From NCBI GenBank assembly GCA_016199525.1, contig JACQGL010000205.1, positions 712 through 64,711 on the forward strand: DNA of 64,000 bases. Reading direction: 5' to 3'. The translations under genes and the position numbers were made by a program. The notes beneath the pieces were generated by a model, which was not told the DNA's origin, searched no databases, and was given only the letters and a program-made list of their open reading frames with translations. Positions 49,275 to 59,113 of this stretch are shown piece by piece; the stretch's first letter is position 1, and each line of letters opens with the position of its first letter. Source of the DNA: Armatimonadota bacterium (GTDB lineage: Bacteria; Armatimonadota; SYMT01; JACQGL01).

Positions 49275-51269
49275 TCAGTAGTAGATTGTAGCACGCGTCC
49301 ACCTGCGCCCGCCATCCGGGGGCAGGCAGGTGGTGGTGTCCTCCTGAAGGACGAGCGCGGGGCCGCTCAGCGCCTGGCCCGGCGCCAGCATTGCCCGGTC
49401 GTAGAGCGGGCACAACCGCCAGTCATCCCAGTAGATGGGCTGCACGCCGCACGGGCGGGGCTCGGGGCGCCGCCGCAGCGCGCCCGCTGGCAGGCGCGGC
49501 CGGGGGATCCGCCCCGTAGCCCGCAGGCGGACGTTGACCACTTCCGTGGGCTCATTCGGGTCCGCATAACCGAATGACTGGCGATGGCGAGCGTGAAACC
49601 GCTGCGCCCACGCGGCGGGATCGGCCTCTCCCGCCTCCACCCCCAGCTCGTAGGACTGGCCGCGGAAACGCATATCCACCCAGCGAACAAGCACACGGTC
49701 CACAGGAGGGACTCCCTCGGCAGCCAGGTCTGCGTGCGCCGCCGCTTCCAGCTGCGCGAAAGCCTCCGCCAGTGCACCGGGCGCCAAGCGATCCGTGGGA
49801 CGCATCACGGTGCGCGAGTACTCCCGCTCCACATCGCACAGGAGCATCCCGATGGCGGAGAGCGCCCCCGGGTAACGGGGCACGAGAACTTCGGACATCC
49901 CCGTCTCCTCCGCCAGCTGGCAGGCGTGCACGGGACCGCCGCCACCAAAGGCCACCAGGGTGAACTGCCGGATGTCGTGGCCGCGCTCCACGGAAACGCG
50001 GCGCAGCGCCCGCGCCATCTGGATGTTGGCGATGCGGACCACCCCCGCCGCGGCTTCTTCCACGGAGAGCCCTATCGCCTCCGCCAGCGTCGCCAGGGCT
50101 GCCCGGCTCCGCTCAGGATCAATCTTCATCCGGCCTCCCAGGTAGGAAGGAGGATGGAGTCGGCCCAGGACCAGGTTGGCATCGGTAACCGTGGGTCGAT
50201 CGCTCTTGCCGTAGGCGGCGGGGCCGGGATCGGCCCCCGCACTCTGCGGCCCCACCCGCAGGGCGCCGCCCGCATCCCGCCACGCCAGCGACCCGCCCGC
50301 GCCCACGGTGTGAATCTCCAGCATCGGCACACGGATCGGGAGCCCGTCGATCTCCCCCTCGCCGGTGGTCGTGGGCCGGCCCTCCAGCAGCGAGACATCC
50401 GTTGAAGTCCCGCCCATATCGAACGAGAGCACCCGGTCCCGCCCCGCAAGCCGCGCTACGTGCCAGGCGCCCATCACGCCTCCCGCGGGTCCGGAGAGGA
50501 TGGTGCGCACGGCCTGTCGGCGAGCGGCGGCTACGGAAAGCACCCCGCCGTTGGACTGCATGATGCGCAGACGTTCGCCCGGAAGCCCCCGCGCCGCCAG
50601 TGCCGTCTCCAGCCGTTCCAGGTAGCGCGCCACCACGGGGGCGACATAGGCGTTCGCGGCGGTGGTGCTCGCCCGCTCGTACTCCCGGTACTCCGGCAGG
50701 ATCTCGCTGGAGAGCGAGACGTGGAACCCGAGCGCCTCCGCCCGCTCCCCCGCGCGATGCTCGTGCGCGGGGTTGGCGAAAGAAAACAGGAAGCAAACCG
50801 CCAGCGATTCTGCCCCTGCGCGGCGGGCGGCGCGGAGCGCGCACGTGAGGCCCGCCTCCGAAAGCGGCACCAGCGCCCGCCCGTCCCGATCCATCCGCTC
50901 GGCCACCTCGAAACAGAGCGCGCGGGGAATGAGCGGCGGCGGCTTGCGGGGCGCCAGCGCGTAGAGCTGCGGCCGCGTCTGCCGGGCAATCTCCAGCACG
51001 TCACGGAAGCCGGCGGTGGTCAGCAGTGCGGCGCGCGCCCCGCGGCGTTCCAGCACGGCGTTCGTGGCGACGGTGGATCCGTGGACAAGGCGATGCGGCA
51101 CGGGCAGGCCCAGTTCCTTCAGCCCCTGCACGACGGAGAGCGCGGGGTCCTCCGGCGTGCTGGGGACCTTATAGATGCGCAGCGTACCCCCATCCGCGAT
51201 GGCGAAGTCGGTGAACGTGCCGCCGATGTCTACTCCCAGGTTCAGCCAGGGATCAGCGCGCGCGGTCAT
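49275..51269 (-). CDS. Hydantoinase/oxoprolinase family protein (HyuA-like, ATP-dependent)
   Basis: N-terminus LGVDIGGTFTDFA, and an actin-like ATPase fold (Hydantoinase_A) across 664 aa. Confidence 0.85.
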   Translation of the reverse strand: MTARADPWLNLGVDIGGTFTDFAIADGGTLRIYKVPSTPEDPALSVVQGLKELGLPVPHRLVHGSTVATNAVLERRGARAALLTTAGFRDVLEIARQTRPQLYALAPRKPPPLIPRALCFEVAERMDRDGRALVPLSEAGLTCALRAARRAGAESLAVCFLFSFANPAHEHRAGERAEALGFHVSLSSEILPEYREYERASTTAANAYVAPVVARYLERLETALAARGLPGERLRIMQSNGGVLSVAAARRQAVRTILSGPAGGVMGAWHVARLAGRDRVLSFDMGGTSTDVSLLEGRPTTTGEGEIDGLPIRVPMLEIHTVGAGGSLAWRDAGGALRVGPQSAGADPGPAAYGKSDRPTVTDANLVLGRLHPPSYLGGRMKIDPERSRAALATLAEAIGLSVEEAAAGVVRIANIQMARALRRVSVERGHDIRQFTLVAFGGGGPVHACQLAEETGMSEVLVPRYPGALSAIGMLLCDVEREYSRTVMRPTDRLAPGALAEAFAQLEAAAHADLAAEGVPPVDRVLVRWVDMRFRGQSYELGVEAGEADPAAWAQRFHARHRQSFGYADPNEPTEVVNVRLRATGRIPRPRLPAGALRRRPEPRPCGVQPIYWDDWRLCPLYDRAMLAPGQALSGPALVLQEDTTTCLPPDGGRRWTRATIYY

Positions 51270-51275
51270 CGGCGG

Positions 51276-51776
51276 TCAGGGCAGAGGAGTGGCAAACACG
51301 GTGGCCAGGCGCAAGAAGATGGCCCAGATGCTCAGCGGCACCGCCGCGAGGAGTGGGGCCACGATGCTGGCCGCCTTTCCCCCTCTGGCCACGTGCGCCA
51401 GCCAGGCTTCCCGCTGGCTGTGCAGGGCGAAGGACGGACCCGTCCAGCAGGCGATCTGCGCGAGGACGACGGCACGCAGATCGAGCATGTGGACGAACGG
51501 AAAGCCCGGCAGACCCGCATACTGGGCGATAAACGGAGTAGCGAAGCTTACCAGCGCCATTGCCAGCGGCTGCCAGGCTCGCTCCGGGTGGCCCAGGCGA
51601 GACCAGTTCAGGGCTGCGAGCACGCCGCTGGCCAGGATCCCCGCCGGCAGCCAGATGATGGCCCAGGGCACGGTGCACAGGAGGAAGAGGGACAGCGGGC
51701 TCCAGGCAAGCGGCACGGCTTCGGCCACGGCGGCCGCGGTGTGCCGTGCGGCAGGATGATGTTTCCTTGCTGACAT
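51276..51776 (-). CDS. Integral membrane hypothetical protein (~4 TM)
   Basis: Hydrophobic helices. It lies immediately upstream of, and on the same strand as, the hydantoinase. Confidence 0.5.
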   Translation of the reverse strand: MSARKHHPAARHTAAAVAEAVPLAWSPLSLFLLCTVPWAIIWLPAGILASGVLAALNWSRLGHPERAWQPLAMALVSFATPFIAQYAGLPGFPFVHMLDLRAVVLAQIACWTGPSFALHSQREAWLAHVARGGKAASIVAPLLAAVPLSIWAIFLRLATVFATPLP

Positions 51777-52065
51777 AATGAACTCTACGAGGGGACCTCA
51801 CCCCGCGGCCTGATGGTCCTCCGGAACGACCGTTCGTAACCGCGACGCCTGCGGCCGGTGGACGCTGGCGATAACTCGCCTGACGACGAACGGCACGCCC
51901 GGCTCGTAGCAGCGACACCTGCGGTGTGTGGTGACGATAATAGTCACCTGACTACGAGAAACGGGCTGCCGGTCCCACCAATTAGCTCGTTGATCTGCCG
52001 ACTCCCGCCTTTCGGGAAAGACCATTGGCCCGAAGGGCCGCCGGTGAGGAATTCTCCCTACTGTT

Positions 52066-53712
52066 CTATCGCGCATTGAGCTTCCGGCGCAGTTCCTCCG
52101 CGGCGGCACGCACGTCACCGGGCAATGCTTCACGCGCGAGGACAGCGTCCACTTCTGTCAGAGCTTCCTTCTTCCGCCCGCGCTTGTAGAGCACGTTGGC
52201 GAGATGGAAATGGGCGCGCGCGTCCTCGGGGCGGAACCGCAGGTAAATCCGGTACTCCTGTTCGGCGGCGGGGTAGCGCGCCGCTGCGTCGAGGGCGCGC
52301 GCGTGCGCCAGGCGAATCGGAGCGAACGCCGGGCGGCCGGGAACCAGACTGGCAGCGGCTTCGTACTCGCGCCGCGCCTCCCCTGCGCGACCCTGCCGCT
52401 GCTGGAGTTCTGCCAGTTCAAACCGGATCCAGGGGTGATCGGGGGCGGCATCCCGGGCCTGGCACAGCACCGCTTCCGCCTCCGCGAGTCTATTCAGGGC
52501 CAGAAGGGCGCGGGCGTGCAGCAGCCGCGCTTCGGCATCTGCGGGCAGGCGCTGCTCGAGCCCCTGGGCAAGCGCGACGGCGGCTTCTGCATTCCCCTGC
52601 CGCAGGAGCGCCGCGGCCAGCGCGCGCTCGGTGAGGTACCCGTGCCCGTCCCGATCCGATTGCGACTCGCGCAGGGCAGCCACCGCCTCGTCCCAGCGCT
52701 GCTCCCCGGCGGCGGCCAGGCCGCGGTAGTAGGCAGCCTCGGCGAGGCTGCCTTCCGCGGCGACCTCTCGCGCCAGCGCGGCGAGCGCCTGCCAGTTGCC
52801 CGCAGCTTCCAGCGCGGATGCGCGGATGCGCCGCGCGAACCGCTGCCGCGCATCCACCGGTCGCGGGGGCGCCACGCGGGGTGAATCTGCTAGCTGGCAT
52901 CCTGCCCGGGCAAGCAGCGGCTTGAGCGCCGCTACCGGCACCGCCGCCACCTGGGCGACCTGTGGCTCTCCGACAGGCTGGTAGGTGGCCGAGAGGACGG
53001 CGACCACCATCCCGGTATCAGCGCGCAGCACCGGCCCGCCGCTCCACCCGGGCTGGACGCCCGCCGCACCATCCACTAGCAGCACGACATGGCCCCGCTG
53101 CCGCGCCACCTCCACCAGCTGCCCTTCGCCGGCATCGGGCACCGCCTCCTCGGGGCCGGTATCCGCATCCAGGCCGTGAGGGTATCCCAGCAGGCGAAGT
53201 CGGACGCCCTCCAGCGCGGCCTGCAATGCGCCGGGGCGCTCAACCGGCAGCTCGCCGATGGGGAGTGGGGCCAGCCGGCCGTTCTCCAGACGCAGGAGGG
53301 CGAGGTCGGCGTCGGGGTCCGTGGCGCGCAACGAGGCCTCGTGCAGTGCCCCTGTCCAGGGGCTGAGGACGTGCACCGCCGCCGCGGCGGTGCCCCTCCC
53401 CTTCCCGAGCGCGGCACCGACTACATGGAACGCGGTCACCAGCCAGGTTCCGTCGGCGATCGCGAATGCAGTGCCCCGCTCGCGGCGCAGGGAGTCCTGC
53501 ACCAGGATAATGGCGGTCCCCTCGCGGGGATCAAACGGCGCCAGGTTGGCGGGCAGAGCGGACGGCAGGGCCGCCAGTCCCACGACGAGCAAAACCAAAC
53601 CCGACGCAAGGAGCGCCAGACGCGGCGTCACTTGGCGCTTGACCCGCGCCTGGTACCCCCCACTCTCCGTGCCGCCCTCGGCGAGCGGCGCGCCGTGTTT
53701 CGCACTCCGCAC
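52066..53712 (-). CDS. Trypsin-like (S1) serine protease with C-terminal TPR repeats, secreted or membrane-anchored
   Basis: Catalytic triad context TAFHVV (His), DLALLRL (Asp), GWSGGPV (Ser). N-terminal TM/signal and ~250 aa of TPR. Confidence 0.7.
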   Translation of the reverse strand: MRSAKHGAPLAEGGTESGGYQARVKRQVTPRLALLASGLVLLVVGLAALPSALPANLAPFDPREGTAIILVQDSLRRERGTAFAIADGTWLVTAFHVVGAALGKGRGTAAAAVHVLSPWTGALHEASLRATDPDADLALLRLENGRLAPLPIGELPVERPGALQAALEGVRLRLLGYPHGLDADTGPEEAVPDAGEGQLVEVARQRGHVVLLVDGAAGVQPGWSGGPVLRADTGMVVAVLSATYQPVGEPQVAQVAAVPVAALKPLLARAGCQLADSPRVAPPRPVDARQRFARRIRASALEAAGNWQALAALAREVAAEGSLAEAAYYRGLAAAGEQRWDEAVAALRESQSDRDGHGYLTERALAAALLRQGNAEAAVALAQGLEQRLPADAEARLLHARALLALNRLAEAEAVLCQARDAAPDHPWIRFELAELQQRQGRAGEARREYEAAASLVPGRPAFAPIRLAHARALDAAARYPAAEQEYRIYLRFRPEDARAHFHLANVLYKRGRKKEALTEVDAVLAREALPGDVRAAAEELRRKLNAR

Positions 53713-53819
53713 GTTGCACTCCCCCGGTGAGTAATTCGGGCAGGGGGACGCGCGCTCCTTGCCCGCCGCCTACGGCGCAGACGAGGCGGAGGGAACGGCC
53801 GCTCCCCGAGGACCAGCGC

Positions 53820-54062
53820 CTACCCGGGAGCCTCCTCGGGTTCCGCCTCGGCGGGCTCGGTCAGCACCTCCTCCTCATAGTGGCGCTCCAGCTCCCGGAT
53901 GCAATCGGGGCACAGGTTCTCGTATTCAGAGCGGACGTGCTCCAGCACTCCCGCCTCCACCGGCACAGTCGCACGCTCGGGGTAGAGGCGCCCGCAGTGC
54001 GCGCAGGTTACATAGGTGGCGCCCGTGATCTCGGACCGCGGTCCGAGGACATCCTCTTCCAT
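53820..54062 (-). CDS. Small zinc-ribbon protein (two CxxC pairs)
   Basis: MEEDVLG..CAHCG..CPDC with an acidic C-terminus and a GGGAGGAAG RBS. The longer ORF (182 aa) is probably an artefactual extension. Confidence 0.5.
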   Translation of the reverse strand: MEEDVLGPRSEITGATYVTCAHCGRLYPERATVPVEAGVLEHVRSEYENLCPDCIRELERHYEEEVLTEPAEAEPEEAPG

Positions 54063-54288
54063 CGCTTCCTCCCGGCGGCAGCGCGCCGCCAGGCGCAGTA
54101 TACCCCGCACTGCAATCCCGCAGGCGTAGCGAGGGTGGCAGATTCGCCCAGGAACCCATCTGCCGCAGACCGCGCTGTTGCCCGTTGAAAAAGCAAGTCT
54201 ACAAGCAAGCGGCGCGACAGCCATAATCCCTCCTGGGACGCTGCTTGACACGGCGCTGGCATCCGGGTAGCATGGGACGGATCTATCC

Positions 54289-54638
54289 GGGGGCGATGGG
54301 TATCGACAAAGGCGGATAGCGGCGGCAGTTGCGAGCCGAGGCGCCGCTGGCCTCGTAAAAAGCGGCAAAAAACAAACGCCAACACTGGCACGTACGCTTA
54401 CGCTGCCTAATTAGTTAGGGAGCGCGCTTCTCCAGGGCCGGGCCGGGAGCCCGAAGAGAGGCGACGACAATCCTGGCCGCCCGCGTGGGTTTCACCCGCG
54501 AGCCCACGTGCGGTAATCGCGGGCTGGCGCGTGGCCGGTTTGCCGATGGAACGGCGCGCGCGAGACTTAAACATCGGCTACGCTCGTAGGCGCTACCGCA
54601 CGCACCCTTTGGACCCGGGTTCAATTCCCGGCGCCTCC
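54289..54638 (+). ncRNA. ssrA: tmRNA (ssrA), with tag-peptide ORF GCC..TAA encoding ANTGTYAYAA
   Basis: 5' end GGGGGCGATGGGTATCGAC pairs with 3' end CGCCTCC-A. tRNA-like 3' domain GGACCCGGGTTCAATTCCCGG. Internal CCTCGTAAAAAGCGGCAAAAAACAAAC GCCAAC... closely parallels E. coli tmRNA. Confidence 0.85.
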
Positions 54639-54649
54639 ACTTTTCCGCT

Positions 54650-54675
54650 CGCGTCCGGCTCGCCGGACGCTTTTT
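54650..54675 (+). terminator. Rho-independent terminator after ssrA
   Basis: GCGTCCGGC-tcg-GCCGGACGC followed by TTTTTT. Confidence 0.8.
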
Positions 54676-54713
54676 TATGCCCCAGACGTCCCGACGTTGT
54701 CGGGAGGGGCCCC

Positions 54714-56330
54714 ATGCTACCCGCCCGGCAAGCGTCCCCCACCCGGGAGGCAGAGGTGCGCTGGATCGTGGGGAACGCGCGACGCTGGGGCTGGTACTGG
54801 ACGTGGCTGAGCCTCTGGACGCTCATCTGCTGGACGCTCATCTGTGCGGGCGCTCCCGCCTACGGCGCCCGAAGCGGTTCCCGGGATGGCCCGCGACTGC
54901 TCAGCCTCACGGTGGATATCAACCCCGGCGTGACCTGTGTGCGGCTGCGCTGCTCGGCGGCGGTGGAGCAGCCCACCTGGGGTCGGCTTCGCGATCCCGA
55001 ACGGGTGTTGCTCGACGTGCCACGGCTCCGCTGTGAGGGGCTGGAAGAAGATCTGCCGATCGCCGCCGGGGGCATCCGCCGGGTGCGCTTCCTCCCCTCG
55101 GATGGCGAGGGGGCCCGCGTGGAGATCGAGCTGGAGCGCCGCTGGGAAGTGCGCCTGGCGACCGCTGAACGCGGTCGCCAGGTGTCCCTGGAGTTCACAA
55201 CGACCGGGATCCCCGCGCTGGAGCCGCCTCATACCGCAGGCGAGGAACCAGGGACACCAACCGGCCTCCCCTGGCAATCCGCCGCGCCCGAGCTGCCCGC
55301 GCCGCCATCATCCCCCACGCAACCGGAAGCGCCCATCGTTCCTCCCGTGCCGCCCACCCGGACCGAGCTGCCCGAGGCGCCGCGTGCATTGCCGGCGCAC
55401 GTCCTGTCAGTGGAAGTAAAGCGGGACGGACGTGTCGCCGAGGTGGTCATCCACACCAGCCGCGGGGTCCGCGCTTCCGGCTACACGCTGGCAGGGGAGC
55501 GGCCGCGGTTCTACGTGGATCTGGAGCACACCACCCTGGGGGGCACGGTGCTCCCCGCCGTGGTTCCAGGACCGGACCTGCTGACGGTGCGCGCGGGCGA
55601 GCGTCTGGACGATCCGCCCACCACTCGTATTGTGGCCGACCTCGCCTCGGGTGCCGTGGCGCAGCTGGATGCCGACGAGGACGCAGGCCGCTACCGTATT
55701 CGCATCATTGCGCCCGCGATCCGACCGCCTGCGCCCCAGCAGCTGGGCGTCGTGATTGCCCTGGACGCCGGCCACGGAGGAGAGGACTCGGGCGCCATCG
55801 GCCTCACGGGCCTGATGGAAAAGGACGTTACGCTGGACATTGTTCTCCGCCTGCGCCGGCTGCTGGAAAAGGCGGGCTTCGAGGTCGTCCTCTCTCGTGA
55901 CCAGGATACGACGCTGCGGCCGGCAGATCGCGCCGCCTGGATTCGTGCCGTCCGCGCCGATCTGCTCGTCAGCGTACACTGCGATTCTATTGACGACCGA
56001 CCGGAGGTCACCGGCAGCTCCACCTACTTCCGACAGGATCGCGCCGGAGCGCGCGGGCTGGCGGACAGTGTGCAGCTCCGGCTGCGGGAGGCCATCGCGC
56101 TGCCGGATCGCGGCGTTCAACCGGATACCGTGCTCTACCCGCGCAGCGGCCTCTACGTGTTGCGCCATTCGCCCCGACCCTCCGTGCTGGTGGAGACCGG
56201 CTTCATCAGCCATCCTACCACCGAGCAACGCTTCCGCGATCCGGAGTTCCGCGAGCGGATCGCCCAAGGAATCGCCGCCGGAATTCGCCAATACGTCCTT
56301 GCCGGCGGCCTGAAGGAAGTCCGCCGCTGA
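54714..56330 (+). CDS. N-acetylmuramoyl-L-alanine amidase (AmiC-like: AMIN domain(s) plus Amidase_3)
   Basis: C-terminal VIALDAGHGGEDSGA amidase_3 signature. Trp-rich TM anchor. The ORF extension back into ssrA was rejected. Confidence 0.8.
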   Translation: MLPARQASPTREAEVRWIVGNARRWGWYWTWLSLWTLICWTLICAGAPAYGARSGSRDGPRLLSLTVDINPGVTCVRLRCSAAVEQPTWGRLRDPERVLLDVPRLRCEGLEEDLPIAAGGIRRVRFLPSDGEGARVEIELERRWEVRLATAERGRQVSLEFTTTGIPALEPPHTAGEEPGTPTGLPWQSAAPELPAPPSSPTQPEAPIVPPVPPTRTELPEAPRALPAHVLSVEVKRDGRVAEVVIHTSRGVRASGYTLAGERPRFYVDLEHTTLGGTVLPAVVPGPDLLTVRAGERLDDPPTTRIVADLASGAVAQLDADEDAGRYRIRIIAPAIRPPAPQQLGVVIALDAGHGGEDSGAIGLTGLMEKDVTLDIVLRLRRLLEKAGFEVVLSRDQDTTLRPADRAAWIRAVRADLLVSVHCDSIDDRPEVTGSSTYFRQDRAGARGLADSVQLRLREAIALPDRGVQPDTVLYPRSGLYVLRHSPRPSVLVETGFISHPTTEQRFRDPEFRERIAQGIAAGIRQYVLAGGLKEVRR

Positions 56331-56490
56331 ACCACCCGGCAGACTGTAGCCCCGCCGCACGCCGCGGGCCAGCGATCCGCTTGCCGTTGCGTGAGCTCTT
56401 CTCTGCCCCTTTGCATCTTGGTGTGTGCTCTTTGCGTCGCGTTGCGGGGGAATAATGCCGGTAAATGAATACCACCTGGAGTAAGCCACT

Positions 56491-57231
56491 ATGCCAGACA
56501 GGCCGGATGGCCGCCACCCGACCCAAATCCGCCCCGTCCAGTTAATCCGGGGCTGCAACAAGTACGCCGAAGGCTCGTGCCTCATCGAGGTGGGAGATAC
56601 GCGGGTCATCTGCACCGCCTCTGTGGATGAGAAGGTGCCGCCCTTCCTGAAAGGCCAGGGAACGGGCTGGGTCACCGCCGAGTATTCCATGATCCCCCGT
56701 GCCAACCGGCAGCGGACCCCGCGGGAGGTGGGCCGAACGCCTAGCGGTCGGACCATGGAAATCCAGCGCCTGGTCGGGCGCGCGCTCCGGGCCGTGGTGG
56801 ATATGCCAACCCTGGGCGAGCGCACCATCATCGTGGACTGCGACGTGCTCCAGGCAGATGGGGGCACGCGCACCGCCTCGGTAACCGGCGCTTATGTCGC
56901 TCTGGCCGAGTGCCTGGGCAAGCTCCGGCGTGACAACATAGTCAAGCGGATGCCGCTCTATGATCTCCTTGCCGCCGTGAGCGTGGGCATTGTCCAGGGC
57001 CAGTTGCGTCTGGACCTCACTTACGAGGAAGACTCGCAGGCCAGCGTAGATATGAACGTGGTGATGACCAGCGATGGCCGGCTGGTGGAAGTCCAGGGTA
57101 CCGCGGAAGGAGAGCCATTCACGCGCACGCAGATGGACGACCTGTTGAGTCTGGCCTCCGAGGGCATTCAGCAGCTGTTTGTCCTCCAGAAGGAGGCGCT
57201 CGCCTCTCTGCTTCAAGTGGGTGGCAAGTAG
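56491..57231 (+). CDS. rph: Ribonuclease PH
   Basis: Motifs [10 protein letters not shown].., [14 protein letters not shown], and the RNase PH fold across 246 aa. Confidence 0.92.
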   Translation: MPDRPDGRHPTQIRPVQLIRGCNKYAEGSCLIEVGDTRVICTASVDEKVPPFLKGQGTGWVTAEYSMIPRANRQRTPREVGRTPSGRTMEIQRLVGRALRAVVDMPTLGERTIIVDCDVLQADGGTRTASVTGAYVALAECLGKLRRDNIVKRMPLYDLLAAVSVGIVQGQLRLDLTYEEDSQASVDMNVVMTSDGRLVEVQGTAEGEPFTRTQMDDLLSLASEGIQQLFVLQKEALASLLQVGGK

Positions 57232-57337
57232 CCGGGTACGGGCATCCCACGCGAAGGTACAGACAAGAGCCAGAAACGCGGAACGGGGAATCCGGCAGTC
57301 TCTGCTCCGCAGTTTGCAATTCCCGTTGAGAAGCGCC

Positions 57338-57964
57338 GTGCCCATCGATCGGCTCATCCTTGCCACCCGTAACCCGGCCAAGCTGCGGGAACTGCGCGCC
57401 TGCCTTGCCGATGTGCCGCTGTGGCTCGAAACACCCCCAGGCCTGCCGGACGTACCGGAGGCAGGCACCACATTCGAGGAGAACGCGCTACTGAAGGCAC
57501 GGGCGGTGGCGGCCCGCTACGGCACCTGGGCGCTGGCCGACGACTCCGGCCTGGAGGTGGATGTCTTGGGCGGGCGACCCGGCGTTTATTCCAGTCGCTA
57601 CGGCGGTCCGGGGGCCACCGATGAGGAACGCAACGCGCTCCTCCTGCGGGAGATGAACGGCGTTCCCGAGGAGCGGCGCACAGCTCGCTACCGCGCCGTG
57701 GTGGCAGTGGCGACGCCGGACGGGAGCGCGTGGACGTTCACCGGCGTCTGTGAGGGGCAGATCGCGCGGGAGCCGCGGGGCGCGGGCGGATTCGGTTACG
57801 ATCCGATCTTCTGCCTCCCGGAGCGGGGCCAGCGCATGGCGGAACTCTCCCCCGAGGAAAAGAACCGCATCAGCCACCGGGCGCAGGCGCTACGCCAGGC
57901 ACGCTGCTTTCTACGCCAGCTGATGGCTGGCGAGATCACCGGAATTACGGAGGACATCCCATGA
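57338..57964 (+). CDS. rdgB: Non-canonical purine NTP pyrophosphatase (RdgB/HAM1 family). GTG start at 57338; TTG at 57326 is also possible.
   Basis: N-terminus LILATRNPAKLRE, plus FGYDPIF and SHRAQAL motifs. Confidence 0.85.
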   Translation: MPIDRLILATRNPAKLRELRACLADVPLWLETPPGLPDVPEAGTTFEENALLKARAVAARYGTWALADDSGLEVDVLGGRPGVYSSRYGGPGATDEERNALLLREMNGVPEERRTARYRAVVAVATPDGSAWTFTGVCEGQIAREPRGAGGFGYDPIFCLPERGQRMAELSPEEKNRISHRAQALRQARCFLRQLMAGEITGITEDIP

Positions 57965-58950
57965 GCCGCCGACAACGCGAGCTACCCCTGGCCCAGGGAG
58001 AGGCGTGGGAAGTGGACCTGCGGGAACTCCCTATTCCCATCCGGGGAGAACTCGGCTTGCCGCGGGTCCTCCTGGGGGTGGTGGGCGGCGCCGTCGTGGG
58101 CGCCGAGGCGCTCTCCGCCGGAGACGAGGTGGATGCGCCCGCCATACTCGCAAAGTGGACGAAGGCTCCTGCCATCGGCAAGCCGCGTCGGCCCGAGCGG
58201 CTCCGCGTGCGGGACCGCTCCCTCCGGGAGGCACTGCGCGAGTGGGCCGCGGCGCAAGGGATCGCGATTACTGCGGCGCGACGGCTGCCCGAGATAGACG
58301 AGGCGTTCCGCGACCTGGAGACCTTCCTCACCCAGGCGGGGTTTCCCGGCTACGCGCCCCGAACGCCCGAGCAGGAGGCGGCGGTGGAGGCGTTCTTCCG
58401 CGCCGCGGCGGCATTCTACGAAGCGGCTCCCTGGCGGTGGTTGACAGATTCAGATCCGCTGGCCCTCCAGTGGGAGGGAGAGCCGCAACCGCAATATGCC
58501 GCGGTAATGGGGGCGGGCGGCGAAACCTACGGACTGGCACTCTACAGCAGTTGGGAGGCTCTCCAGGCGACCTACGATCTCACCACAGCGGAAGACGAGG
58601 AGGATCTGCGGCACGTCGTCGAGACGATCGAGTCGGTGGCGGTTACCTACGAAGATCTGGGAAGCTTGCTGCCTGCCGCCATGGAAGAGATGCAAGAGCA
58701 CCGCTGGCCGCTGGCCGATCCCACGGCCTATCCCATCGCGCTCCGTAGCGGGCCGCAGGCGGGCGAACTGGCTCCGGAAGAGCTGGGGCCGCTCACCGTG
58801 GCGCTGGAGGCGGTGCAGTGCTTTGCCACGCAATACAGCCGGCGGCTCCGCTCGCGCCGCCGGCCTCTGGTCCAGCCGATGACAATCCAGACGCCGAAGG
58901 GTCCCCGCGGCGTCACTATCCGCTACCCGGTCGGCGAGGAGGCAGACTGA
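57961..58950 (+). CDS. Conserved hypothetical protein (329 aa), translationally coupled to rdgB
   Basis: ATGA overlap and acidic globular composition. No recognisable domain. Confidence 0.5.
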   Translation: MSRRQRELPLAQGEAWEVDLRELPIPIRGELGLPRVLLGVVGGAVVGAEALSAGDEVDAPAILAKWTKAPAIGKPRRPERLRVRDRSLREALREWAAAQGIAITAARRLPEIDEAFRDLETFLTQAGFPGYAPRTPEQEAAVEAFFRAAAAFYEAAPWRWLTDSDPLALQWEGEPQPQYAAVMGAGGETYGLALYSSWEALQATYDLTTAEDEEDLRHVVETIESVAVTYEDLGSLLPAAMEEMQEHRWPLADPTAYPIALRSGPQAGELAPEELGPLTVALEAVQCFATQYSRRLRSRRRPLVQPMTIQTPKGPRGVTIRYPVGEEAD

Positions 58951-59113
58951 ACCGCGGCGCAAGCGGCCGGTGGCGCCCGAGGAGCTGATCATCTCGCTCC
59001 CTCCGGAAGGCAGGAGCCCGGCATCCACCCAGGGGCAAACCCGTGCCGCGACCTCCTGGGCGCGCACCGGGCTGTTCCCTGATGTGTCGAGGGCCGAGGC
59101 CAATCCGCCGGCG

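Noticed and set aside
53820-54368. Full 182-aa ORF for the zinc-ribbon protein
   Set aside because: The N-terminal 100 aa are low-complexity and run toward ssrA. An internal ATG at 54062 with a strong RBS gives a compact 80-aa zinc-ribbon protein.
54600-54640. Apparent stand-alone tRNA (T-arm GGGTTCAATTCCCGG plus acceptor CGCCTCCA)
   Set aside because: No D-arm or anticodon arm upstream. It is the tRNA-like 3' domain of the tmRNA, whose 5' partner strand is at 54289.
54531-54713. 5' extension of the amidase ORF back through the tmRNA 3' domain
   Set aside because: It would overlap ssrA and its terminator. An ATG at 54714 with a GGGAGGGG RBS gives a sensible signal-anchored start.
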